Shown piece after piece: positions 25,066-32,000 of a DNA stretch of 32,000 nt. A model generated the notes under the pieces. It saw nothing but the letters and a program-made list of their open reading frames with translations. It was not told the DNA's origin and did no database searches. The stretch comes from Telmatocola sphagniphila (GTDB taxonomy: Bacteria > Planctomycetota > Planctomycetia > Gemmatales > Gemmataceae): NCBI RefSeq assembly GCF_018398935.1, contig NZ_CP074694.1, positions 810,001 to 842,000 of the forward strand, in the 5' to 3' direction. Each line of letters starts with the position of its first letter. Position 1 is the first letter of the stretch. A program made the translations under genes and the position numbers.

Positions 25066-25120
25066 AATGAAAAAATAGCGTTAGCGAGGAAGCCAATACC
25101 TGTAGACCGGTCAGCGTTTC

Positions 25121-27820
25121 TTACGTGGCCAGTAACTGTCGCAGCACGTATTGCAGAATGCCGCCGTGCTGGTAGTAGAGGCATTCCTGTGGTGTATCGA
25201 TGCGAACCCGAGCTTTGAACTCGGTGACTTTACCATCCTTGGTGGCCTTCACGGAAAGTTCCCGGCCCGATTCAAAGTTATTGAGGATCCCGGCCGCAAT
25301 GCCATGGATTTCGAAAATCTCTTCACCACTTAAACCGAGACTAGCGGCGTTCTGACCATTGACGAACTGCAACGGCACCACACCCATACCGACCAGATTC
25401 GAACGATGGATGCGCTCGAAACTTTCAGCGATCACGGCCTTGATCCCCAACAACATGGCCCCCTTGGCCGCCCAGTCGCGGCTCGAGCCCGAACCGTATT
25501 CCTTACCGGCCAGAATCACCAGGGGCACGCCGTCTTTCTGGTATTTCATCGAAGCGTCAAAGATCGACATTTCGGTTCCGTCCGGCAGATGGCGGGTCAC
25601 GCCGCCTTCGGTACCGGGAGCCAGCAAGTTCTTCAGCCGGACGTTGGCGAAAGTGCCGCGCATCATCACTTCGTGATTACCGCGACGAGCTCCGTAGCTG
25701 TTGAAGTCAGCTGGCATGACGCCATGCGAAATGAGATACTTCCCGGCTGGGCTGTCTTTCTTGATCGAACCCGCGGGAGAGATATGGTCGGTCGTGATGC
25801 TATCTCCCAGCACCGCCAGACAACGGGCGTTGGCGATATCCTTTACAGCAGCCGGTTGCTTCGGCATGTTGTCGAAGTAGGGTGGGTTCTTCACATAGGT
25901 CGATTTGTCGTCCCAGGCGAAGCGCTTGCCTTCGGGTACGTTCAGTGCCTGCCAGGCGGGATCGCCCTTGAAGACATCGGCGTAAATCTTTTCGAACTGG
26001 GCTCGGTGCACATGCTTGTCGACCAAGGCTCCCACTTCTTCGTGCGTCGGCCAGATATCCTTGAGGTAAACGTCCTTGCCATTTGAACTCTTGCCAAGCG
26101 ATTCGGCATCCCAGTCGATATCGATTTTCCCGGCCAGAGCATACGCGACGACTAGCGGCGGCGAAGCGAGGTAGTTGGCTCGCACTTCCGCGTGAACCCG
26201 GCCTTCGAAATTGCGATTGCCACTGAGCACTGCGGAAACAACTAAAGCTTTTTCGGCGACCTCCTTGGAAACTGCATCGGGCAGAGGACCGCTGTTTCCA
26301 ATGCAGGTGGTGCAGCCGTAGCCCACAACATAGAAGCGGAGTTTTTCCAACTCCGGTAACAGATTGGATTCCGTCAGGTAATCGGTTACCACTTTCGAAC
26401 CGGGGGCCAGGCTAGTTTTCACCCAGGGTTTGGTTTGCAGGCCTAAAGCAGCGGCTTTTTTAGCCACCAGCCCCGCCGCCACCATTACGTAAGGATTTGA
26501 AGTGTTGGTACAGGAGGTAATTGCGGCAATCACCACAGAGCCATGATGCAGAACGCCGGGCGGAACCGTCACTTCCGGATTGCCTTCGCTGGAGGCCATG
26601 GGGAGGCTCGGCTTTGGTTTCGCCGCACTCAACAGCTTGGGAAGGGCTTCCTGGAAGCTTTTCTTGACATCCTTGACGAGCACGCGGTCCTGGGGTCGAC
26701 TCGGACCGGCGAGCGATGGCTGAACGGTGGCGAGATCAAGTTCCAGAGTGTCGGTATACGAGGCGACCGGGGTTTCCTTAGTGTGAAACAGGCCCTGAGC
26801 CTTGTAATAGGCTTCGACGAGTTGAACGAGTTCTTCCGGCCGACCCGAAGAACGGAGGAATTTCAGAGTTTCGGCATCGACCGGGAAGATCCCGCAGGTC
26901 GCCCCATATTCGGGCGCCATGTTGGCGATAGTCGCGCGGTCGGCGAGTGGCAGCGAAGCCAGACCTTCGCCGAAGAATTCGACGAATTTGCCGACAACCC
27001 CCTTCTTGCGGAGCATCTGCGTGATCGTCAGTACCAGATCGGTTGCGGTCGATCCCGGAGCCAGCTTGCCGAAAAGCTTAAAGCCGACCACCTGAGGAAT
27101 TAACATGGTCACGGGCTGGCCGAGCATGGCGGCTTCTGCTTCGATGCCGCCGACGCCCCAACCGAGTACGCCTAAGCCGTTGATCATCGTCGTGTGACTA
27201 TCGGTCCCGACGAGCGTATCGGGATAAGCGGTATTGCTCTTATCCACGAACACTACCCGGGCCAGGTATTCCAGGTTCACCTGATGCACGATGCCGGTTT
27301 CGGGTGGTACGACTTTGAAGTTGTCCAGTGCCGTCTGACCCCAGCGGAGGAAGACGTAGCGTTCCTGGTTTCGCTGGAACTCGAGGTCGGAGTTATGCTG
27401 GAAAGCGTTCGCGTTGCCGAAATCGTCGACCTGAACGCTATGATCGATCACCAATTCGGCCGGGGAAAGCGGGTTGATTTTGGCCGGGTCGCCTCCCATG
27501 CGAGCCATCGCATCGCGCATGGCGGCGAGATCGACTACGCAGGGAACGCCGGTAAAGTCCTGCAGGAGCGTGCGGGCGGGGGTGAAGCCGATTTCCGCAT
27601 CGGGTTCGGCGGTTGGATTCCATTTAGCCAGAGCTTCAATGTCGGTCTTGCGAACAGCCAGGCCATCTTCTTTGCGAAGCAGGTTTTCGAGCAGAATCTT
27701 CAGCGAAAACGGCAACTTGGCTGCCTGTGGAAATGCCTTTTCGACTTCGGAGATCTTGTAAATGGTGTAGTTCTTCCCGCCTACGGCGAGTGTGGCCTTG
27801 CTGCCAAAACTGTTCGACAT
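25121..27820 (-). CDS. acnA: Aconitate hydratase A
   Basis: 899 aa from ATG 27820, with a typical AcnA N-terminus ([23 protein letters not shown]). Fe-S ligand cysteines are in [10 protein letters not shown] and [10 protein letters not shown]. The 44-codon upstream extension in the track ORF (to 27952) runs across the upstream gene's terminator hairpin, so I rejected it. Confidence 0.95.
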   Translation of the reverse strand: MSNSFGSKATLAVGGKNYTIYKISEVEKAFPQAAKLPFSLKILLENLLRKEDGLAVRKTDIEALAKWNPTAEPDAEIGFTPARTLLQDFTGVPCVVDLAAMRDAMARMGGDPAKINPLSPAELVIDHSVQVDDFGNANAFQHNSDLEFQRNQERYVFLRWGQTALDNFKVVPPETGIVHQVNLEYLARVVFVDKSNTAYPDTLVGTDSHTTMINGLGVLGWGVGGIEAEAAMLGQPVTMLIPQVVGFKLFGKLAPGSTATDLVLTITQMLRKKGVVGKFVEFFGEGLASLPLADRATIANMAPEYGATCGIFPVDAETLKFLRSSGRPEELVQLVEAYYKAQGLFHTKETPVASYTDTLELDLATVQPSLAGPSRPQDRVLVKDVKKSFQEALPKLLSAAKPKPSLPMASSEGNPEVTVPPGVLHHGSVVIAAITSCTNTSNPYVMVAAGLVAKKAAALGLQTKPWVKTSLAPGSKVVTDYLTESNLLPELEKLRFYVVGYGCTTCIGNSGPLPDAVSKEVAEKALVVSAVLSGNRNFEGRVHAEVRANYLASPPLVVAYALAGKIDIDWDAESLGKSSNGKDVYLKDIWPTHEEVGALVDKHVHRAQFEKIYADVFKGDPAWQALNVPEGKRFAWDDKSTYVKNPPYFDNMPKQPAAVKDIANARCLAVLGDSITTDHISPAGSIKKDSPAGKYLISHGVMPADFNSYGARRGNHEVMMRGTFANVRLKNLLAPGTEGGVTRHLPDGTEMSIFDASMKYQKDGVPLVILAGKEYGSGSSRDWAAKGAMLLGIKAVIAESFERIHRSNLVGMGVVPLQFVNGQNAASLGLSGEEIFEIHGIAAGILNNFESGRELSVKATKDGKVTEFKARVRIDTPQECLYYQHGGILQYVLRQLLAT

Positions 27821-27910
27821 GGAAAGGTTCCTTCTATGTTCCTGAGTGCTTATTAAAAGTGTATGGGATTGCGTAAAAAGCGTCTCAGTCAGATCCTCGG
27901 GTATATTAAC

Positions 27911-27940
27911 GAAAAAACCGCGGGCTCTCGACCCGCGGTT
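27911..27940 (-). terminator. Rho-independent terminator of the coiled-coil membrane protein gene
   Basis: On the minus strand, AACCGCGGG (27940..27932) pairs with CCCGCGGTT (27924..27916) around the loop TCGAGAG, followed by a T-run (27917..27912). It begins 29 nt after the stop codon. Confidence 0.75.
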
Positions 27941-27968
27941 GGCAATTTTCACTTCTGGGAATTCTCAG

Positions 27969-29675
27969 TTACTTCTTTTCGGTTTTGGGAGCCTGATCGC
28001 CCAGACGTTCCATGTACTCTTTCACAGTATCGCGAGCTCCCTTAGGCAGTTTCTGCACATCGAGAGAATCGGCGGCATCCTGGGCGGCTTCCTTAATTTC
28101 CCCTTCGAGTTCCACCGTCGATTTCTTGGTAAAAGCCGGGCCATCGGTCGAACCGACGTAGCGTTTTTTACCGGTGGGATCGAACTGAACGCGAACGCGC
28201 TCCTGTTCCGAATTGGACTTGGCATTCTCGTTGATCTTGCGGCGACCGGCCCCCACTCCGCCTCTGTCCCCATCGTAATCATCCGATTCAGTAACCTCAT
28301 CCGAGGGCTGGGAATCCCCGTCGCCCTTAGCTTTTCCGGCGAGCGACTTTCGGAATTTGCGAATTTCTTCGAGGCTTTCATCCAGGGCTTCGATGTCCTT
28401 GACTTCTTCCGACAGGTCGCCGAACTGATCGCCCAGTTCACTCATTTTTTGAGCCAGTTCGTCCATATCGTTCTTGTCCATGGCCATCTTCATCTCATTC
28501 ATTTTTTTGGCCATGTCTTTCATCGCATTCAACTTTTCGGACTGATCTTCCAGTTTTTTCAATTCGCGCTGCAGACTTTCCGCATTCCGGCCTTCCTTCT
28601 TGGCCTGTTCGATCATCTTCTTGAGCTTATCCTGTTCCTTCTTGTTCTCCGTCATTTCCTTCGATTTTTTCGCCATTTCTTCGATCTGGCGTTTCAATTT
28701 CTGAACGTCTTCCTGGCTCAGTTCGCCGTTCTTAATCTTCTTTTTGAGTTTTTCGAATTCCTCTTTGGCTTTTCCGAAATCCCCGGTCTTCAGCGCCTGC
28801 ATGGCCTCTTTGCCCGGGCCATCCATTTGTTCGGTCATCTTGCGATCGGACAACTGCTGAAGTTGTTCCTGCATGCGCTTGATCTGATCATGCTTTTCGG
28901 CTTCCATCTGCTTCAGTTTTTCCTGCAGTTCGGTCGCCTTTTCGAAACCCTCCCGGGCTTTTTCGGGGTTCAATTTGTTCTTCTGGTATTCCGGATCGGA
29001 ATAAAGTTTGTCGACTTCCTTGGCCAGAGCTTCCAACTTTTCGAGCTTTTCGCTTTTCTTTCGCTGGGAAAGATCGGGGATGACCAGCCGCTTCTTCTTC
29101 TGTTCCGGGTTTTTGACTTTTTCCCAGGGAGCTTCCTTACTTTCTGCCAATTTCTTGTCGGTATTGCTCTCCGCCTTGGTTTCGGAGAACAGGGGATCGT
29201 ACAGCAAGGCCAGACAGGCCAGGATGGCCGCCGGGATGGGGAGCACCCAGGATTTCCGATCGAGATGGATCGGGAATTTGTCGGCAATATTCACTTTGCT
29301 GACGCGCTGGGCCGCATCCTGGAGCAAGGCTTGTCCCGGTTCGGTTTTTTGGAGAGTCTCATCGAGAGCCAGGGCGGTAGTGAGCCGTTCCCGCAAATCG
29401 AAGCGCTGGTCGATCAGTAACGCCGTTTGCAGGGAAGTGGGGCTGAGTCGAATGGAGCGGTAAATGGCGAACAAAGATGCCAGAGAGAGCGAACCGATCA
29501 GCACCGCTTGCCGGTGCCACTCGGGCAAAGGCTCGGTCACCAGAGGCTGAACCTGAATCCAGATCACGCTCAGTAGACAGGCGATACCGCCCGCCAAAAG
29601 TAGCGTGTTCAGGAAATTTCGAAGAAAGACGCGGCGTCGGGTTCGGGTCAGATAAGTTTGGATGGAAGATTGCAT
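27969..29675 (-). CDS. Membrane-anchored Lys/Glu-rich coiled-coil protein, function unknown
   Basis: 568 aa. N-terminal RRR followed by hydrophobic segments (FLNTLLLAGGIACLLSVIWIQV, AVLIGSLSLASLFAIY, WVLPIPAAILACLALLY). About 300 aa of K/E/Q/M-rich heptad-like sequence follows, then an acidic tail ending ..LPKGARDTVKEYMERLG. It has its own terminator. The architecture reminds me of DUF4175-like proteins, but that is recollection only. Confidence 0.7.
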   Translation of the reverse strand: MQSSIQTYLTRTRRRVFLRNFLNTLLLAGGIACLLSVIWIQVQPLVTEPLPEWHRQAVLIGSLSLASLFAIYRSIRLSPTSLQTALLIDQRFDLRERLTTALALDETLQKTEPGQALLQDAAQRVSKVNIADKFPIHLDRKSWVLPIPAAILACLALLYDPLFSETKAESNTDKKLAESKEAPWEKVKNPEQKKKRLVIPDLSQRKKSEKLEKLEALAKEVDKLYSDPEYQKNKLNPEKAREGFEKATELQEKLKQMEAEKHDQIKRMQEQLQQLSDRKMTEQMDGPGKEAMQALKTGDFGKAKEEFEKLKKKIKNGELSQEDVQKLKRQIEEMAKKSKEMTENKKEQDKLKKMIEQAKKEGRNAESLQRELKKLEDQSEKLNAMKDMAKKMNEMKMAMDKNDMDELAQKMSELGDQFGDLSEEVKDIEALDESLEEIRKFRKSLAGKAKGDGDSQPSDEVTESDDYDGDRGGVGAGRRKINENAKSNSEQERVRVQFDPTGKKRYVGSTDGPAFTKKSTVELEGEIKEAAQDAADSLDVQKLPKGARDTVKEYMERLGDQAPKTEKK

Positions 29676-29876
29676 AAAGGTTTTCTCCGAAATAATGACG
29701 TCCTATTTCGGCAGCCATTTCATCGTGTTTGTAATTCTACTACATAGTCGCCCAGAGATTCACGCTCAAATTGCGGTTTGAACAAAGAAATCTGTCGGCG
29801 GACCGCTAACCCATTATTAGTTGCGAGCGATCCCTATAATGGCTGTTTGCCCGATGTGGTTGTGTCGAGAGTTCAG

Positions 29877-31619
29877 ATGCCGAAGAAACTGACCGCCGAA
29901 CCGTCCCGTTCCGCCGCTGTGCAATTCGATCCGACAAATCCGATGATCGTGCAGGCGGATCGAACGATATTAATGGAGGTCAATAATCCCAAATATTCAG
30001 CGGCCCGGGATGCCCTGGCCCCTTTTGCCGAGCTCGAGAAAAGCCCCGAACACATTCACACCTACCGAATTTCCAATCTTTCGCTCTGGAATGCGGCCGC
30101 GGCGGGATTAAGCGCGCCGGAAATGGTCGAAGTTCTTCGGCAATTCACCAAGTTTCCCCTCCCCTTAAACGTCCCGACAGACATTGAAGAAGTCGTCAGC
30201 CGGTACGGCCGCATTAAACTGGTAAAGCACGATGAAAGCCATCTGAAGCTGATCTGCGAAGATAAGCCATTGCTAGAGGAAATCACTCGCCAGCCCAAAG
30301 TCCGCCAGTATCTCGGAGAACGGGTAGATTCGGTCAGTTTCCTGGTAGATTCGGCGCATCGCGGGATCATCAAGCTGGCTTTGAACCAGATCGGCTATCC
30401 CGCCGAGGATGTTGCAGGTTACGTCGAAGGCACCCCCATGGAGGTCGATATCATCCCGGTGATGAAATCGGGGCTGCCTTTTACGGTTCGCGATTACCAG
30501 CGAGAATCGGCCGATACTTTTTACGCCGGCGGTGCAGCCCGAGGCGGCAGCGGCGTGATTGTTCTCCCCTGCGGTGCGGGCAAAACGATTGTCGGCATCG
30601 TGGCCATGAGTCTGGTAAAAAGATCCACGCTCGTACTGACGACCAGTATCACGGCCGTGAAGCAATGGCACCGGGAAATCCTGGATAAAACCAACCTCCG
30701 GGATAATCAAATCAGCGAATACACTGGTGAAACCAAGGAAATCAATGAGGTGACGATCGCGACCTACCAGATCGTTACTTATCGACCCGATAAAGATGAA
30801 GACTTCCCGCACTTCAAGCTGTTCGAAGAGCGAGACTGGGGCCTGATCATCTATGACGAAGTCCACTTGCTCCCCGCCCCGGTTTTCCGGGTGACGGCGC
30901 AAATTCAGGCTCGACGTCGGCTGGGTCTGACAGCCACTCTGGTGCGGGAGGATGGTCGGGAAGGGGATGTTTTCAGTCTCATCGGCCCCAAAAAATACGA
31001 TGTCCCCTGGCGGGAACTGGAACAGAAGGGCTGGATAGCCACGGCCAGTTGTACCGAAATCCGCATTGCGCTGCCGGAATCGGTGCGCATGGAATATGCC
31101 GTAGCCGAGTGGCGCGACAAATACCGCATAGCCAGCGAAAATCCGGCAAAACTGGATATCTGCGACATCTTACTGCAGCGATATAAGGAACAGCGGGTTC
31201 TGATCATCGGCCAGTATCTCAAGCAGCTGCGCGATATCAGTAAGCGCTTCGAGATTCCCATCATCACCGGGCAGACCCCCAACGGCGAGCGGGAAGAACT
31301 CTATCGCAAATTCCGTTTCGGCGAGCAGCGGCACCTCGTCCTCTCGAAAGTCGGCAACTTTGCCATCGACCTGCCCGACGCCAATGTCTTGATTCAAGTT
31401 TCCGGAACTTTCGGCTCCCGGCAGGAGGAAGCCCAGCGACTCGGGCGAATTCTCCGACCCAAGACCAACGGGGAGGATGCTCATTTTTATTCCATCGTAA
31501 CCCGGGATACTCGCGAGCTGGATTTTGCCCAGCATCGCCAGCTTTTTTTGACGGAGCAAGGCTACAGCTACGAAATCAAGGACGCCGCCGAGATGATGGT
31601 TACGGATAGCCCGGGTTAA
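29877..31619 (+). CDS. xpb: XPB/ERCC3(Rad25)-type SF2 DNA helicase
   Basis: 580 aa from ATG 29877; the track uses TTG 29778. N-terminal XPB damage-recognition-like domain (MIVQADRTILMEV.., HTYRISNLSLWNAAAAG). Walker A is LPCGAGKT (GAGKT at 30573..30587), motif II is DEVH (30855..30866), and GLTATL precedes the XPB-specific RED motif (REDGRE, 30945..30953). C-terminal helicase motifs include SKVGNFAIDLPDANV and QEEAQRLGRILR. Confidence 0.88.
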   Translation: MPKKLTAEPSRSAAVQFDPTNPMIVQADRTILMEVNNPKYSAARDALAPFAELEKSPEHIHTYRISNLSLWNAAAAGLSAPEMVEVLRQFTKFPLPLNVPTDIEEVVSRYGRIKLVKHDESHLKLICEDKPLLEEITRQPKVRQYLGERVDSVSFLVDSAHRGIIKLALNQIGYPAEDVAGYVEGTPMEVDIIPVMKSGLPFTVRDYQRESADTFYAGGAARGGSGVIVLPCGAGKTIVGIVAMSLVKRSTLVLTTSITAVKQWHREILDKTNLRDNQISEYTGETKEINEVTIATYQIVTYRPDKDEDFPHFKLFEERDWGLIIYDEVHLLPAPVFRVTAQIQARRRLGLTATLVREDGREGDVFSLIGPKKYDVPWRELEQKGWIATASCTEIRIALPESVRMEYAVAEWRDKYRIASENPAKLDICDILLQRYKEQRVLIIGQYLKQLRDISKRFEIPIITGQTPNGEREELYRKFRFGEQRHLVLSKVGNFAIDLPDANVLIQVSGTFGSRQEEAQRLGRILRPKTNGEDAHFYSIVTRDTRELDFAQHRQLFLTEQGYSYEIKDAAEMMVTDSPG

Positions 31620-31687
31620 TCCGGGATTGTCGGAATTACAAAAATCGGTTACGCTCCTGCCTATAGGCCCAGTTGCAGGATGCACAC

Positions 31688-32000
31688 ATGAGTCGCACGG
31701 TTTGCTTCGTAATCTTTGTCTGCGCCGTTTTTTTCGCGAATTCCAACCCCATATTCGCCCAGCCCGATCAGATCAATCAGGCGATTCGATTGCAGAATGC
31801 GATCAAGTTGGGGCGCGAAGCCCTCACCCAAAAAAAGCCGCAGGAAGCGGTGCGAATTCTCGAAGAATCCATTCTCTTCGCCAATGGCCAAACGGCTTAT
31901 CTGGAACTGTTGCGCGATGCCTATATCGCGGCCATCAAGGAATCGCAGCTGAAAAACGGCAGCGATGAGATGATCGCCCACATTCGCAAGCAGTTGAAAA
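31688..32000 (+). CDS. 5' part of a secreted TPR-like protein gene running off the right edge
   Basis: ATG at 31688, with the frame open to the window end (104 codons). It translates MSRTVCFVIFVCAVFFANSNPIFA/QPDQINQAIRLQNAIKLGREALTQKKPQEAVRILEESILFANGQTAYLELLRDAYIAAIKE.., a signal peptide followed by helical repeat. It is missing from the ORF track because no in-window stop exists. The three tracked ORFs overlapping it look like shadow frames. Confidence 0.5.
   Translation, partial: MSRTVCFVIFVCAVFFANSNPIFAQPDQINQAIRLQNAIKLGREALTQKKPQEAVRILEESILFANGQTAYLELLRDAYIAAIKESQLKNGSDEMIAHIRKQLK

Noticed and set aside
25406-27856. Plus-strand ORFs of 226, 186 and 220 aa inside acnA
   Set aside because: They are shadow frames of the aconitase gene and have no domain features.
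27821-27952. 44-codon N-terminal extension of acnA
   Set aside because: The extension crosses the terminator hairpin of the upstream gene (27911..27940). The ATG at 27820 gives the canonical AcnA N-terminus.
27846-29420. 524-aa plus-strand ORF
   Set aside because: It is Phe/Leu-rich low-complexity sequence, which is the expected antisense shadow of the K/E-rich minus-strand gene. The minus-strand gene has TM segments, a start context and its own terminator.
29676-29876. Possible LexA site or SOS control of XPB
   Set aside because: Only two 7-mers (ACTACAT, GCTGTTT) are shared with the lexA promoter region, which is within chance expectation. No palindrome is present.
30273-31685. Minus-strand ORFs of 209, 125 and 171 aa
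   Set aside because: They are antisense to the XPB helicase gene, whose motifs are in the plus frame.
1-32000. CRISPR arrays, IS elements, integrases, prophage, rRNA, defence islands
   Set aside because: I saw no spaced direct-repeat arrays, no transposase-, integrase- or phage-like ORFs and no terminal inverted repeats. By eye, codon and GC character is uniform apart from the K/E-rich gene. I also saw no duplicated flank next to the tRNA that would suggest an integration site.

Overview
Gene-dense chromosomal window with about 26 complete CDS, 2 edge-truncated CDS and 1 tRNA. It reads like core genome of a Planctomycetota-type bacterium. That placement is an inference from a BBP7-like outer-membrane barrel, many signal-peptide/TPR-like proteins, a bacterial XPB helicase, a solitary trpD and generally weak Shine-Dalgarno sites. 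Confident calls are an IUNH-family nucleoside hydrolase homologue, trpD, lexA, tRNA-Ala(CGC), a YfcH-type epimerase-family protein, a DinB-family protein, ppdK, a serpin, a patatin-like phospholipase, an amidohydrolase-2 protein, a crotonase, an aldehyde dehydrogenase, a class-III aminotransferase, a thiolase, acnA and an XPB/ERCC3-type helicase. I found no CRISPR array, transposase/integrase, phage genes, rRNA, toxin-antitoxin pair, recognisable defence module or long DNA repeat. The least ordinary stretch is 13.5-18.0 kb, where five consecutive genes all appear to encode exported envelope proteins. These are a lipoprotein serpin with an inhibitory-type reactive-centre loop (P1 Arg), a divergently paired lipoprotein patatin, a Tat-signal amidohydrolase, and two tandem protease-less HtrA-type PDZ mini-proteins. 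Other items worth a second look: a near-consensus lexA promoter with overlapping palindromes; a tRNA-Ala nested inside a co-directional protein-gene string next to two large secreted TPR-like proteins; a solo bacterial XPB helicase divergent from a membrane-anchored K/E-rich coiled-coil protein; a nucleoside-hydrolase homologue with a degenerate metal-binding fingerprint; and several intergenic hairpins or palindromes. None of this can be called a new system from sequence alone. All functional links between neighbours are inference and need synteny and expression data.
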